From: Octopus bimaculoides
Lineage: Eukaryota
Direction of reading: 5' to 3'
NCBI RefSeq assembly: GCF_001194135.2
Contig: NC_069004.1
Span: forward strand, 15,615,310 to 15,679,309
DNA: 64,000 nucleotides
A model generated the notes under the pieces. That model had not been told where the DNA came from and did no database searches. It was given only the letters and a program-made list of their open reading frames with translations. Every line of letters starts with the position of its first letter. The stretch's first letter is position 1. A program made the position numbers and the translations under genes. This document shows positions 1 to 49,689 of this stretch, one piece after another.

Positions 1-243
1 GAGATCTTCAGAAGAGCAACGTTTATTTATGCCAAAACTAACCTCACATTTCAGAAGATTAAGTAAGAGGTTAGCATCTGACCATAACAATATTGGAGAT
101 CTTCAGAAGAGCAACGTTTATTTATGCCAAAACTAACCTCACATTTCAGAAGATTAAGTAAGAGGTTAGCATCTGACCATAACAATATTGGATATCTTCA
201 GAAGAGCAACATTTATTTATACCAAAACTAACCTCACATTTCA
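1..243. repeat. 95-bp tandem repeat (at least 2.5 copies)
   Basis: Units start at 1, 96 and 191. The first two are identical; the partial third has 3 mismatches. Confidence 0.9.
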
Positions 244-645
244 TTAGTTTCACAACAACAATATGTGGTATAAAGCATGCAAATGTGTTGACTGGTGAGT
301 CCTTCAACATGAAATTTTGACTCTTGGACAAAATATGTGATCAATATGTTGATGTTCATTTCAAAAGAACACCTATGTTTTCTTACATGATATAACATGA
401 TGAATTGTCCTTATTTTGTACCAGTCTAGGAACAAGGTGATGTAAATTTAAAACTATTAGATTGTGATGTTCAATAATGTTAAATTATGATGAACTATGT
501 ATGAACCTTATAAACAACTTTTTAAGAAGTTGTTTATAAGGTTGGCTTGCTGAACATTCTCTTCTGTCTGGGGTAATACTGGAGAATTGAACTTGTAATC
601 TCCCACTTTGTATGTGACATATCAATCATTCTTCTGGCTAGACAC

Positions 646-917
646 TAGTGGTTCCCAAAGTAGGCAGTATTGCTCCTCTGGGGGCGATGGAAAGTTCCAA
701 GGGGGCATTGAAGAAAAGTGGGGTGATAATGGGGGAGCGATTCATGTAAAAAGTGAGGTAAAAACAACAAAATAGCTGGTTCATTAGATTAAGTTTTATT
801 TGTGAAATACATTTGCTTCAGAAAGAGGTCTATGTGATGGTTAGTTGGGGTGGGGGTACTAGGAATGTGGCCTGGGTGTCAAAAGGGTGGCAGCCTGACA
901 AAGTTTAGGAACCACTG
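646..917. mobile_element. hAT/Charlie-like MITE
   Basis: TIRs (t)agtggttcccaaa / tttaggaaccactg; flanks ggctagac (636-643, 2 nt offset) and ggctagtg (918-925) resemble a decayed 8-bp TSD. Confidence 0.6.
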
Positions 918-2022
918 GGCTAGTGGATCCCTTCTGAATTTCGTGTTTCATTGTTGTTGAACTGAATACTGGATATTAGAGTAAATATTTCTAATTAACA
1001 AGTAATACATCTGTAATATTGTAACATATTTCTGACATGGAAATAAGTTGTGCTTCTAAATTTCCTCTCTTCAATATTAAAAGTGTAACTAAGATGGTGA
1101 GTTGGCAGAATGATTAACATGTCGGGCAGAGTACTTGGTGGCATTTCCTTCATCTTCACATTCTGAATTCAAATTCCACTGAAGTCAACTTTGCCTTTCA
1201 TCTTTCCAGGGTTGATAAAATAAGTACCAGTTGAGCACTGGGGTCAATTTAATTGACATGACTCTTACACTGAAACTGTTAACCTTGTGCCAAAATCTGA
1301 AATCAATATTAGCAATATAATTGATTGCTTATTACAGTTCAAAAGAATATCTTATTGCATTGGAAAGCATGACTGTGTGATTATAAACTTTACAACTACA
1401 TGGTTCCAATGCTATGTGGTGCCTTGGGCAAGTATTTTCTATAGCCTTAGGTGGTTGACCAGTGCTTTGTAAATGAAGCTTGGTTGATGGAAACAGTGAG
1501 GAAGCCCATTATGTGTATAACAAGAGCTATTTGATTATAGTAGAAGACATTTCTGCAAATACTGTAAGTTCTATTTATTAAAAACATTAACACTTTATTC
1601 ACTGAAATGCTCAAAGTGTGCCGTTGTTTCCACCAAATGGGCTTTGTATGCTTCGAGGTGTAAATGTGTACATTGTACAGACTGTTTGTATCCCTCGTAA
1701 ACTAAATATCTTGCTTGGGAGTTGGACATGTGAAGACTTTTCGGATTAAGTGCCTTTCAGGAATGATATCTGTCTGTGGAATACTGCCTGAAGAAATCTC
1801 ATCCAACCCATGCTACCATTAAAAAAATGGATGTAAAACCAAACGATCACATATGAACAGCTTGTGAATAAACCAGGAATAATTTGTGTTGGAAGATGTT
1901 TGCTTGCCTGCGTTAATCTATTCACAAAACATTCCTTGAAATTCTATCCAGCATCCAATTATGAAGTGAAGAAGCTCATTTTACATGTTCTGGAACAGTC
2001 ACGGGCAAACTAGCCTGTAGAG

Positions 2023-2492
2023 CAGTAGTTCTGAACCAGGGTCTATATGGCCCTTGGGGGCCAATATAAGATTTTGTTGTTAAAATTTATGTGCAATAAA
2101 TTAGCTTTATTTCTACAGCACACAAAATATTTATACAATTGTCAGTAATATTTAACTCTTTAGCATTCAGATTATCCTGTCAAATGTAATGCCTATTGAT
2201 TCACATTGTTTTGAATTAATCATGTATTATCTCCTAGCTTCGAGACTTCCATGATGGGATTGTTTATTTTTAGAATGATGCTGTAGGGTAAGTCTGAGAG
2301 GCTAGATCTAGCCAGTTTGTACATAAACGAGGTAGGATATATGGGCTGGATATAGCCAGTTTAAATGCTGAAGTGTTAAGTATAAAAATACAGTCAGATT
2401 ATTTTTTATTTACAGCAAATGGCTATGGGGGTCTATGTGAGTTAAATAGGAATCAAAGAGGCCTGTAGACAAAAAATGGTTGAGAACCACCG
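2023..2492. mobile_element. hAT/Charlie-like MITE containing a nested TTAA-type MITE (about 2152-2379)
   Basis: TIRs cagtagttctgaacc / ggttgagaaccaccg; 8-bp flanks ctgtagag / ctgaagaa (6/8 identical). Confidence 0.65.
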
Positions 2493-2727
2493 CTGAAGAA
2501 CTTTCTGAATGGCATACCTAAGAAAAAATTACCTTGGATTTGTTTTAGTTGTGTAGCCTGTCTGATGATAAGCCACATCTTGTGCAGTCTGCTTCTTGTA
2601 AAAGGTTACTTATGCCAGTTCTAGAATGTAGAAAGAAATTCTAAGCTATGAAGATCTAAAATATTTCTCATGTAAACTGCTGCAGAGATTCAGCAAAAGA
2701 TGTTTTACTTTCTACAAAGTTTTTTTT

Positions 2728-2856
2728 TTAACCACATGGTTCCGAGTTCAGTCCCACTGTGTGGCACCTTGGGCAAGTATCTTCTACTATAGCCTTGGGC
2801 CGACTAAAGTCTTGTGAGTGGATTTGGTAGACAGAAGCTGAAAGAAGCCCGTCGTT

Positions 2857-2901
<45 letters not shown>

Positions 2902-3130
2902 GTATATATACATATATATGTATGTGTGTTTGTGTGCCTGTGTTTGTCCCCCCACCATCACTTGACAACCGATGCTGGCGTGTTTACATCCCTGTAACTT
3001 AGCAGTTCGGCAAAAAGAGACAGATAGAATAAGTACTAGGCTTACAAAGAATAAGTCCTGGGGTTGATTTGCTCAACTAAAGGCGGTGCTCCAGCATGGC
3101 CGCAGTCAAATGACTGAAACAAGTAAAGAG
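2728..3130 (+). mobile_element. tRNA-derived SINE family A (internal (TG)/(TA) microsatellite)
   Basis: B-box-like ggttccgagttcagtccc head and tail ...gactgaaacaagtaaaga. Other copies: about 10710-11050(-), 15700-16090(+), 24246-24850(+), 27110-27350(-), 30270-30660(-), 31160-31560(-), 32070-32410(+), 36810-37010(-), 41350-41620(-). Confidence 0.85.
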
Positions 3131-3247
3131 TATATCAATTTTTTTTGATGTAAAATATTTTGAAGATTAGAATGTTTCATTATATGTTTGGATTTAATCT
3201 TATTGCAACCACTGTTTCTCTTTTACAGGGATTGCATTTTATTGACT

Positions 3248-41103
<37,856 letters not shown>

Positions 41104-41272
41104 AGCTCTTCCCATCACCTGGAATATTCGATGTATCTGATGATATATCTGAACACCTAATCTCTCTCTCTGTTAGAAAGTTTTCTGAATATCTTTGCTT
41201 CCTTTTCTCATCAAAGATGTTCCTAGCTACGTTCCATCATGTCAAAGCTAATCTGCACTTACATTTTTTTAA

Positions 41273-41335
41273 AGTAAAACATTCTCAAAATCACATCCAG
41301 TTGTTACTTGTTATGTTGAGCTTGTGTTATTGATG
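41273..41335 (+). terminator. Possible SPT5 polyadenylation signal (AGTAAA + downstream GU-rich element)
   Basis: AGTAAA at 41273-41278, then a TTGTT-rich stretch at about 41301-41335; no transcript support available. Confidence 0.3.
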
Positions 41336-41633
41336 TAGCAGATATTCTCTTTTATCTTTTACTTGTTTCAGTCATTAGACTGTGGTCATGCTTGGGCAAC
41401 CACCTGAAATTTTTCATTGGATGAATTCACCAGTCTTTTTTTTTAAAAACCTGGTATTTGTTCTATCAATCTATTTTGCCAAGCTGCTAAGTTACAGGGA
41501 CATAAACACACACCAATACTAGTTGTCAAGCGGTGGTGGGAACCAATACAGACACAAAGACACACACTAAGGCTATTGTCAGCCTGAGGCTTTAGTAGAA
41601 GACACTTGCACAAGATGCAATTCAGTAGGACTG

Positions 41634-41666
<33 letters not shown>

Positions 41667-41766
41667 NNNNNNNNNNNNNNNNNNNNNNNNNNNNNNNNNN
41701 NNNNNNNNNNNNNNNNNNNNNNNNNNNNNNNNNNNNNNNNNNNNNNNNNNNNNNNNNNNNNNNNNN

Positions 41767-43120
41767 GCCTTTGAGTCCATCTTCCAGTTGAAGGTGGCTG
41801 CCCTTGAGCAATTGCTAAAAAATATTGAAGCTATCGAACCCCATCTAGATTTTTTCATACTTAGGAATTATCTCTTGATCTCTAAGCTTCTATATTTACT
41901 CAGAATCAGCTCATCTTACTGATGCCTATCATGCCTCCAACACCTCAATAACCTAATCTTTGAGAGACTCGAATGCTTAGTCAATGTCAGACTCTCTCCG
42001 ATGTCCTATGATCAGGCTTCATTGCCCAAGTGATTTTTGGTCTATAAGTGTTCATCCCTCTCTCTCCCCTGCTTCCTTTCCTCCACCCATGCCTGGTGAG
42101 TAACATCCACTCCTCTCCAACATGGACCAGTTCCAACAGGGAGTTGGATGAAGCTCTCCGACACTGGAGGGAATTGGGCTTGTCTGCTCCTGAGAAGGTG
42201 AAGGGTTGTCGGAGTCAGAGAGCTTGAAATAATATAATTTCGAAGGCCACCTTTGACTCCCTCTTCATCCAGTCGAACCAGTTTTCAAGGTACCACTCAC
42301 TGTCTGCTAGTGCCAAATACTCAGGTGACTGGATTGATGCCACCCCTGTGGCTAATGTTGGTGGCCTACTCAGCTTGGACAAACTTCGTATCTCTATTGC
42401 CCTCAGAGTGAGAGCTGACATATGCATGGGTTTCATCTGTCGTGGCAGGCTCAACTCCACAGGCCTCCATGGCCTTTCTTGCCATTTGAACGCTGGTCGC
42501 TTTGCGCATCCTACAGAGTTGAACCTGATACTCAAAAGGAACTTGGCCTGGGCAAATACCCCCTCCATTTTGGAACCATCTGGATTGTCCCGATGTGATG
42601 GGAAGAGACCTGACAGCCTCACCCTGTGCCCCTGGTCACAAGGCCTATGCCTTGTCTGGGATGTCACAGTTAGTGACTCCTTTGCTTCTCACATCCTGGA
42701 TGCTGTGATCAGAGCAAACAGAACTAAATCCTGAAATACTGCAATCTGTCCGTCAACTACATTTTCCATCCTGTGGCATTCGAGGCATTTGGTGGAGTCA
42801 AGATCACTAACTGCAAGATTCCTGTCTTCACTGGCAACTAGTTCTGCAGAGGTAACTGGTGAGGCTTGTGAAGGCGCTTGACTTTTTGAGTGTATCAGCC
42901 TCGCCATCACCCATGGTAACGCTGCAAGCATGCTGGCATGCCTCAATAGCCACTAGAGAGATTTCCCAGCAGCCCCAACTTTTCAACCCAAACTGGTGAG
43001 TTGTTTGGGTTTTTTTCTTTTCTCTTTTATTTTTTAATTTTTACAATTGTGTTCTCTGTTTTGTCCAATTTTCTAATTTAATCTTGTAAAACGGTAAACA
43101 CTGCAAAGGCAATAAAATTC
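41767..43120 (+). mobile_element. CRE-clade non-LTR retrotransposon, 3' portion (decayed)
   Basis: FFILRNYLLISKLLYLLRIS, IALRV, LHGLSC..GRF, EPSGL.R.DGKRPD.LTLCPWSQG..LVWDVT, ISLAITHGNAASML* (stop at 42954-42956). The 5' end is lost in an N-gap. Confidence 0.75.
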
Positions 43121-44639
43121 TCAAATATGTACCATGTCTACAAAAAAGAAGTATCTATACATATGTTGTAAGAATAAGAGAAAGAGCGATCTTTACAGAT
43201 GAGTGCAAAATTGCATGGCACCAATGAAGATGGAAGACACGATATGTTTTTAAATTCGCAGGTAAATATACCTAACACGAACATAAACATCGACGTCCAC
43301 TCGAGAGAAATAGGGGACCGTTATTCACAAGTTCAAACTGCGAGAAAGAATAGCCAAATCTCTCTATCTTTAAAAAAAATGAAGGGTGCATTGGAAGATA
43401 TAGATCTGATTAGAGTGTAGAAAAAAATAAACATAATGGTCAAAACAGGAATATGTTTGACGAGAGTTCTACAAAATCGGAATGGACCTGGAGCTAAATA
43501 GCAACATTCCCAAGTCAAATCCCACAAAATGTTTTTTTAAAAATCTGCCACTGATAATTTTGGTCTAATTTGATTTTATATGTATGATATTGATGTCGAT
43601 ATGCACCAAGAAGTGTATGTATGTATGATAATTGATCTTTACTCAGCTATTTATCGATATATATACACATACACACACATATACTACCTGAACTATATAA
43701 ATATCTAATATAAACGTGTATATATAAGCTAATTAATATATATGTATATTCATACAAATTAACACACACACAAACACATAATCTGTAATATATACAGATA
43801 CACTTGATCTCATTAAGCCATTTCAACTTGCTGGAAGCCATAAATAAGGTTATCATAAAGCCACAGCAATTAGCTGTGATGGGGGAGGGTCCGATCCAGT
43901 CGAGGTTTTGGTACGATCACACACACTCACACACAGACAAGGATCTATCTCGTGTTCCGTAGTTAGTTGACGATTACCAACCAAACTCATGCACCAACAC
44001 CCATCCAACACACATACACACGCACACATACATAGACCAACACATGCGCGAACATATCAGCGATGCGCAGAATGGCAGCGATAGTTTGATATTTATCTGC
44101 AGAGATATCAGAGACATTCCAAAAAGTGGGAGTTTGAGAATTTGAGGGGAGATGATTCGGGATGCCAGCTCAAAATGTAAAGGATATGAATAGAGAAAGC
44201 ATATATAAATGAGATAAGAGAAGGGTTGGCTGTATGGACAGAAAGTTGTAGCAACCGAAGGATTTTTCTTTACACAGTTAATAACAGGCATTTCTTCGGT
44301 ATCTGTCGTGTTTACCAAACAAATTGCCTTGCACATAATTGCTGTAAATAGTAGTTTTGACCAAATTCAATTTCCATTTAAAACCACTATGTATGCATAT
44401 ATCGGTGTGTGTGTGTAATATAGTTACACTTTTTTATTATTAATCTGTGGACAAAAAGAATAAAGAACCATGTCAACAACGAAAAAAATAGAAAAGAGGA
44501 AAAGGTTGGACATCTTTTAAAAACACGTATTCACCAGATAGAGAGAGGGAGTGGCCGAGGTGAAATTCGAACCAGCACCACCTCCCATACGGTGCAAAGT
44601 AATTAATACACCCAAAACTGGTGTAAAGTGAATGGTGTG

Positions 44640-44985
44640 GTTACCTTATAGTGTATTATAGTTATTATTTCCGATTCCTTTATAGCAATGCTCGAGCAGA
44701 CAGTAGCGTCGGGTTGTATAGACTGCTATTTTCAATGGTAATATCAATAGTAGTGGGCAACAAATGGCTGTCAATAGATTTTCTTTTCCACATTGTCAAC
44801 ACGACCAGGATGCCATGTTAGCTTAACATAAGCAGATCTACTGACATCTGGCGGTAGACTAGCAAACATTTTAAATTCAAGGACAGCAACTCTGATTCCT
44901 TCGTTTTGGAGACGAAGAAAATCCATGCACCCCTTCCCCTAACCTATGTAATAGGTTGGGGAAGGGCTGCACTCGACCTCGGTAA
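44640..44985. promoter_or_regulatory. Candidate (bidirectional) promoter region with a CTCF-like motif
   Basis: Non-repetitive, visibly CpG-enriched; CCGCCAGATGTCAG on the minus strand (44841-44854); divergent donor-like sites at 44644(-) and 44982(+). Confidence 0.3.
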
Positions 44986-45479
44986 TAAAATCTCATGCAA
45001 GTTATACCTTACTATCTTTAAAAAATGATAAAAGAAAAATGAAGGAATATATGGGATTTATGGATAACGTAGTCCTTGATACACTAGGTCTGAAATGAAA
45101 GGTAATGATCACAGCTTGGTGCTCTCTCACGCACGCACACTTCTTTTTTTATATCACTTATTCTCCTGTGCTAGATTTCTCCTTTGTCAAATTTTTCCTT
45201 TTTTTTTCTTTCCTATCATTTCACTTTATCTGTATGTATGTCATTCTTTCCCTCTTTTTGCCTGTCCTTTATCTTACCTTTGTTTTTTGTTTCCTATTCG
45301 TTTGTCTATTTTCTAAGCTCATTATTTACATCATCTATCATTCTGTGTTTTGCTTTCTTTTTTCCTTCAGTCATTCAATCGTTTGATTTTCATCATTTTC
45401 TTTTTATTTTCCTTTCCACTTTTTTTCCTTCCGTCTTCAGAATATCTAATTTTCTGTTTCACACACAGTTATCGATTTT

Positions 45480-46985
45480 AACATGATTGTCTGAGATGAT
45501 TCTTGGAACAATTATTTTTTTTAAAGGTATGCACAAATGTGTTGTATCAAGAATCAATTTTCTTGATGCTAGTATACAACTAGTTTCCTTAACTATCGAG
45601 GACTTTTCGAATAATTCTTGCTGTTCCTTATAGAACAGATTTCTGAATAAATGCAATTCTCATAGTTACTCCAATCTCATTAAGGAAACTACCAAATTTG
45701 TTGGTAATAGTAACTAGGGCGTCCATAATCACTTGGGTTACTTTTGCAGAAACCCTCTACAGTTTTCGCATTTCTCTTGCTAAATCTTGGTATTTTCTAA
45801 TTTTTTCCTGTTTTTTAACCACTGCATTCATATCAGTAGACACAGTCATGTCTATGATGATGCACTTTTTGACACCTTGTCCAAGATAATATCTGGTCTC
45901 CTTGCTCGAGTCTTATGATCAGTCTGGGCAGAAAAGTCCTGTAAGACCTTAAACACACTCCAACTGGTGTTGGTACCATTTCCCGCTTACTTCAAAACCC
46001 CCTTTGACGTAATATATCACAGTCTAATACTTTAGAAAACAATCGTGTCTGTGTTTATATTCTTTGTGTGCCAAAGAACTACAAGTACTTATAATGCCAA
46101 CAGGGCATAACTACAGGGTTTTACCCCCCCCCCCCCCCGACTTTGGGAGGCAGGGCATAACTACANNNNNNNNNNGGGCATAACTACAGGGTTCTACCCC
46201 CCAGACTTTGGGAGGTCATAACTTTCAGAAAAATGAATATTTTTTAATGAAATTTTCTATGCATATAGTATTTACTATGTAGAATCCGAATATACAAAAA
46301 TTTCCGGTGAAAGTGTTTTGGAATGGGGGTGGGGGACAATTTTCGGAAATTCCAACAGAGTCCACTTAAATTCTTCTTAACTTCCAGGAAAATTAATATT
46401 TTTTTGTGTAATTTTCTACAAATATACCTTGCTGTACCCTGTAGTTATGCCCACAACAGGCTCGTTCTTGTTACTCATTTTGCACTTAGCACTTAATAAC
46501 ATTCATTCATAATGACTGAGCTCTTTTGTTTCTTTCTCCTCTCCTCTTGACAGCTATATTCAGTTTTTCGGTGTTATTTCTCACATACTCCTGTATATCA
46601 TATTCTGCCATCTCCATGCAGTCCTCTTCCTCCTTTCTTTCATGGTAGGTACAACTTGTTAACAGTTTCGATGATGTAATGCCATATACATGTTTGATGT
46701 CGTTTTTGTTTTACAGTCTATTCCTCTTAGTACTTCAGGAAAACAGCAGAATATTGTTATAGAGACATCACCCTTGTGTTTACTGCAGAGATGGCTTTCC
46801 TTCCTTTCAGTTTTGAGCTAAGGACCTTCTTTATTTTTCTCCTGAAATATTCATTTCTCACCTTCTTTATTTCCTAGCTGAGAATTCTGTCTACCTCCAC
46901 CATAAGAACATACTTGTAACTGACACCTTCATTCATTGCTTTGATTTTGACATGTCTAGGAGTTTGAACATCTGGGTCACTGCAA
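45480..46985 (-). mobile_element. Second R4/Dong-clade LINE remnant (RT thumb to RLE), interrupted by a MITE
   Basis: Minus strand: NEYFRRKIKKVLSSKLKG, NKLYLP.KKGGRGL (46560-46980); KKCIIIDMTV..KIRKYQDL and GTARIIRKVL (45590-45900). Confidence 0.75.
46103..46452. mobile_element. Unclassified TIR MITE (gggcataactacagggt ... accctgtagttatgccc), left end repeated around a 10-N gap
   Basis: 17-bp TIR; possible 3-bp aca TSD. Confidence 0.65.
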
Positions 46986-47039
46986 ATGATTAGCCTCTTT
47001 CCCCTAAAATTTCAGGCCTCATGCCAATAGAAGAAATGA

Positions 47040-48640
47040 TTATTATCATCATCATCATCATTTAATTAACGTCCATTGTCCATGCTGGCATGGGTTGGAT
47101 GGTTTGACCAGGCTGGAAGGCTGTACCCGACACCAGTTTGATTTGGCATGATTTTCTATGGCTGGATGCCCTTCTTAATGCCAACCACTCTGAGAGTGCA
47201 ATGGGCAGTTTTACATGCCACCGGCATGGGTGCCAATTTGTATGACACCAGTATCTGCCTGACTGTGATTTTGCTTAGCTTGATGGGTCTTGCCACGCAT
47301 GACATAATGCCAAAGGTCTTGGTCATTGCCTCCATGAGGCCCAACACTCGAAAGGAAGTCAGCTACTTTGCCTCTATGAAGCCCAATGCTCAAAAGGGAG
47401 TCAGCCACTTTGCCTCTGTGAGGCCCAACGCTCGAAAGGAACTCAGCCCAGTGCACTTGGCTTGACTGGTTCTCTCAAGCATAGCACATTGCCAAAGGTC
47501 TTGGTCACTAGTCATTGCCTCTGTGTGGCTCAAAGTTTGAAGATTATGCTTCACCACCTCGTTCCATATCTTCCTGTGTCTGCCTCTACAACAGGTTCCC
47601 TCCACAGTTAGAAATCGGCACTTCTTTACACAGCTGTCCTTGTCCATACACGTCACATGACCATACCAGCACAGCCATCTCTCTTGCACACTACATCTCA
47701 TTCCTCATATGCCTAACTTTTCTCTCAAGATGCTTACACACTGTCGAACATGCACACTGACATTGCACATCCAGCAAAGCATACTGGTTTCATTTCTTTC
47801 AAGCTTATGCATGTCCTCAGCTGTTACAGCCCATGTTTCACTGCTATGCAGCATAGCTGTTTGCACACAGGCATCAAACAATCTGCCTTTCACTCTAAGA
47901 GAGAAGCCCTTTGTTGCCAGCAGGGATAAGAACTTGCTGAAATTTGCCCATCCTAATTTTATTCTCACAGCTACGCTCTTGGAGCATCCACCTCTAGTAC
48001 TAACTTGGTCACCTAGATAATGGAAGATATCTACTACCTCTAACTTGTTCCCTTGGCAGTTGATGGAGTCTATTTTCTGCCCATTTTCAGCGTTTATTGT
48101 ACCTGTGCATCTTCCGCATACAAAAGCTAGTTTCCCGGCTTACCTTCCTCTGATATTACTGCACCATTTATGTGTCCAAAATTTACACTGGGTGCATCTT
48201 ATGGAGTTTCTACCTACACCTTTTTTATAGATTGAGCAGGGCCATCTACCTGAAGGGATTTGTGACTTGTCTGCCTACCTACTTACCAAGACTTTGGTTT
48301 TTTGCTAGGTTAACTCTAAGGTCCTTTGATTCTAGACCTTGTTTCCATGTTTGGAACTTCTTCTGTAGTTCAGGTAGTGATTCAGCTATAAGAGCAAGCT
48401 CATCAGCATAGAGGAGCTCCCAGGGGCAGCCTGTCTTGAATTCCTCTGTTATTGCCGGAGAACTATGATGAACACCAATCCTTGGTGAACCCCTACTTGT
48501 ACCCTGAATTCTTCGCTGTACTCATTGCCCACCCTCACCTTACTGGTAGCATCCCTGTCATAGCTTGTACAGCTTTCACCAACCACTCATCTCCCTAGTT
48601 TCCACATTGACCACCAGATAAGGGATCGGGGGACCCTCCA
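47040..48640 (-). mobile_element. RTE-clade LINE, RT to 3' tail, frameshifted
   Basis: RVPRSLIWWSM, VGVHQG, WELLYADEL, KGFSLRVKGRLFDAC, RWLCWYGHV. Confidence 0.88.
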
Positions 48641-49689
48641 CTGAGATTGACTTTGTCTTTCATCCTTTTGAAGTCAATAAAATAAGTACCAGTCAAGTGC
48701 TGGGGTTGATGTAATCGACTTCCCCCTCCCCCAAAATTTTAGGCCTTGTGACTATAGCAGAAAAGATTATTATTATTATTGTTGTTGTTTATTGCCAAAA
48801 CTAGACGTGTTTCACAAGCTTTGTTTGTACCTTGTTTTCTTTATTTAAAGTCTGTTTTTGTTAATTTCATTGTTCTAGCTTGTTTCTTATTTGACCAGAA
48901 CCATAAGCAGCTAATCAACTGTTTTTGTTACTCGCCCTACGGGATGAAATTTTTGAAGGAAAGTTTTCCGAGACAAAAATATAATTTCAAAATGACATCA
49001 TTGCCAAGCCAAGAAGAGAGGAAGGCGGGAGGAGGTTTCTCAGTTAGCTTCTCCCAGACAATTTTTCAGATGTAATTAAAAATAGCACCAGTAGTATGAA
49101 GAGCAACAACAATATCAACAGCAGCAAAAACAACAACAGTAGTAACAGCAAGAATAATGACATGTCAAGCAAAGAAGTTTGAAAAATAACCAGCAGCAAA
49201 TTATGCATTGCCAACTGCCACCTCCACCACCCAAATAAAATGTAATAATAACAATATTTCTAACACTACAAACAGCATTAAAAATTCATCCAAAAATATT
49301 TTGTCAAAATAACAAGTGTGTTTGATGTCATCCCATTAGATGACAAGCATGAACATTTAAAATAGGTGGAGAAATATATAAACCCACTGGAACAGGTAGA
49401 AGTTACACTTAATATACCACAACACCACTTAGGCCAAACAGAAAAGAAAACAATTATGGATAGATGCTTGTTGATGAAAAGACACAAGATTAAGCACATC
49501 CCTTCAAACCAAGCTTGAAAGAATATCTGGCTTGACATCAGTTTTGTGAGTCATGCGCACAAATTTAGGTCTATTAGAGTTATTTTCCACTTCGAAATTC
49601 TAACACAGATGCACTCCACTATCGCACAAATAAAAAGAAAAAAAAAGAAGAAGCCAGAAATGTTCACATTGATACCAATGTACTCAGGA

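Noticed and set aside
1-243. Repeat array as possible CRISPR
   Set aside because: Contiguous units with no unique spacers, in a eukaryotic intron-rich context.
43150-43540. Possible Tc1-like transposase remnant (IFTDECK)
   Set aside because: A single short motif with many stops and no TIRs.
43974-44336. 120-aa minus-strand ORF preceded by an acceptor-like site
   Set aside because: No homology recognised, and the C-terminus runs into a CA microsatellite; kept only as context for the promoter hypothesis.
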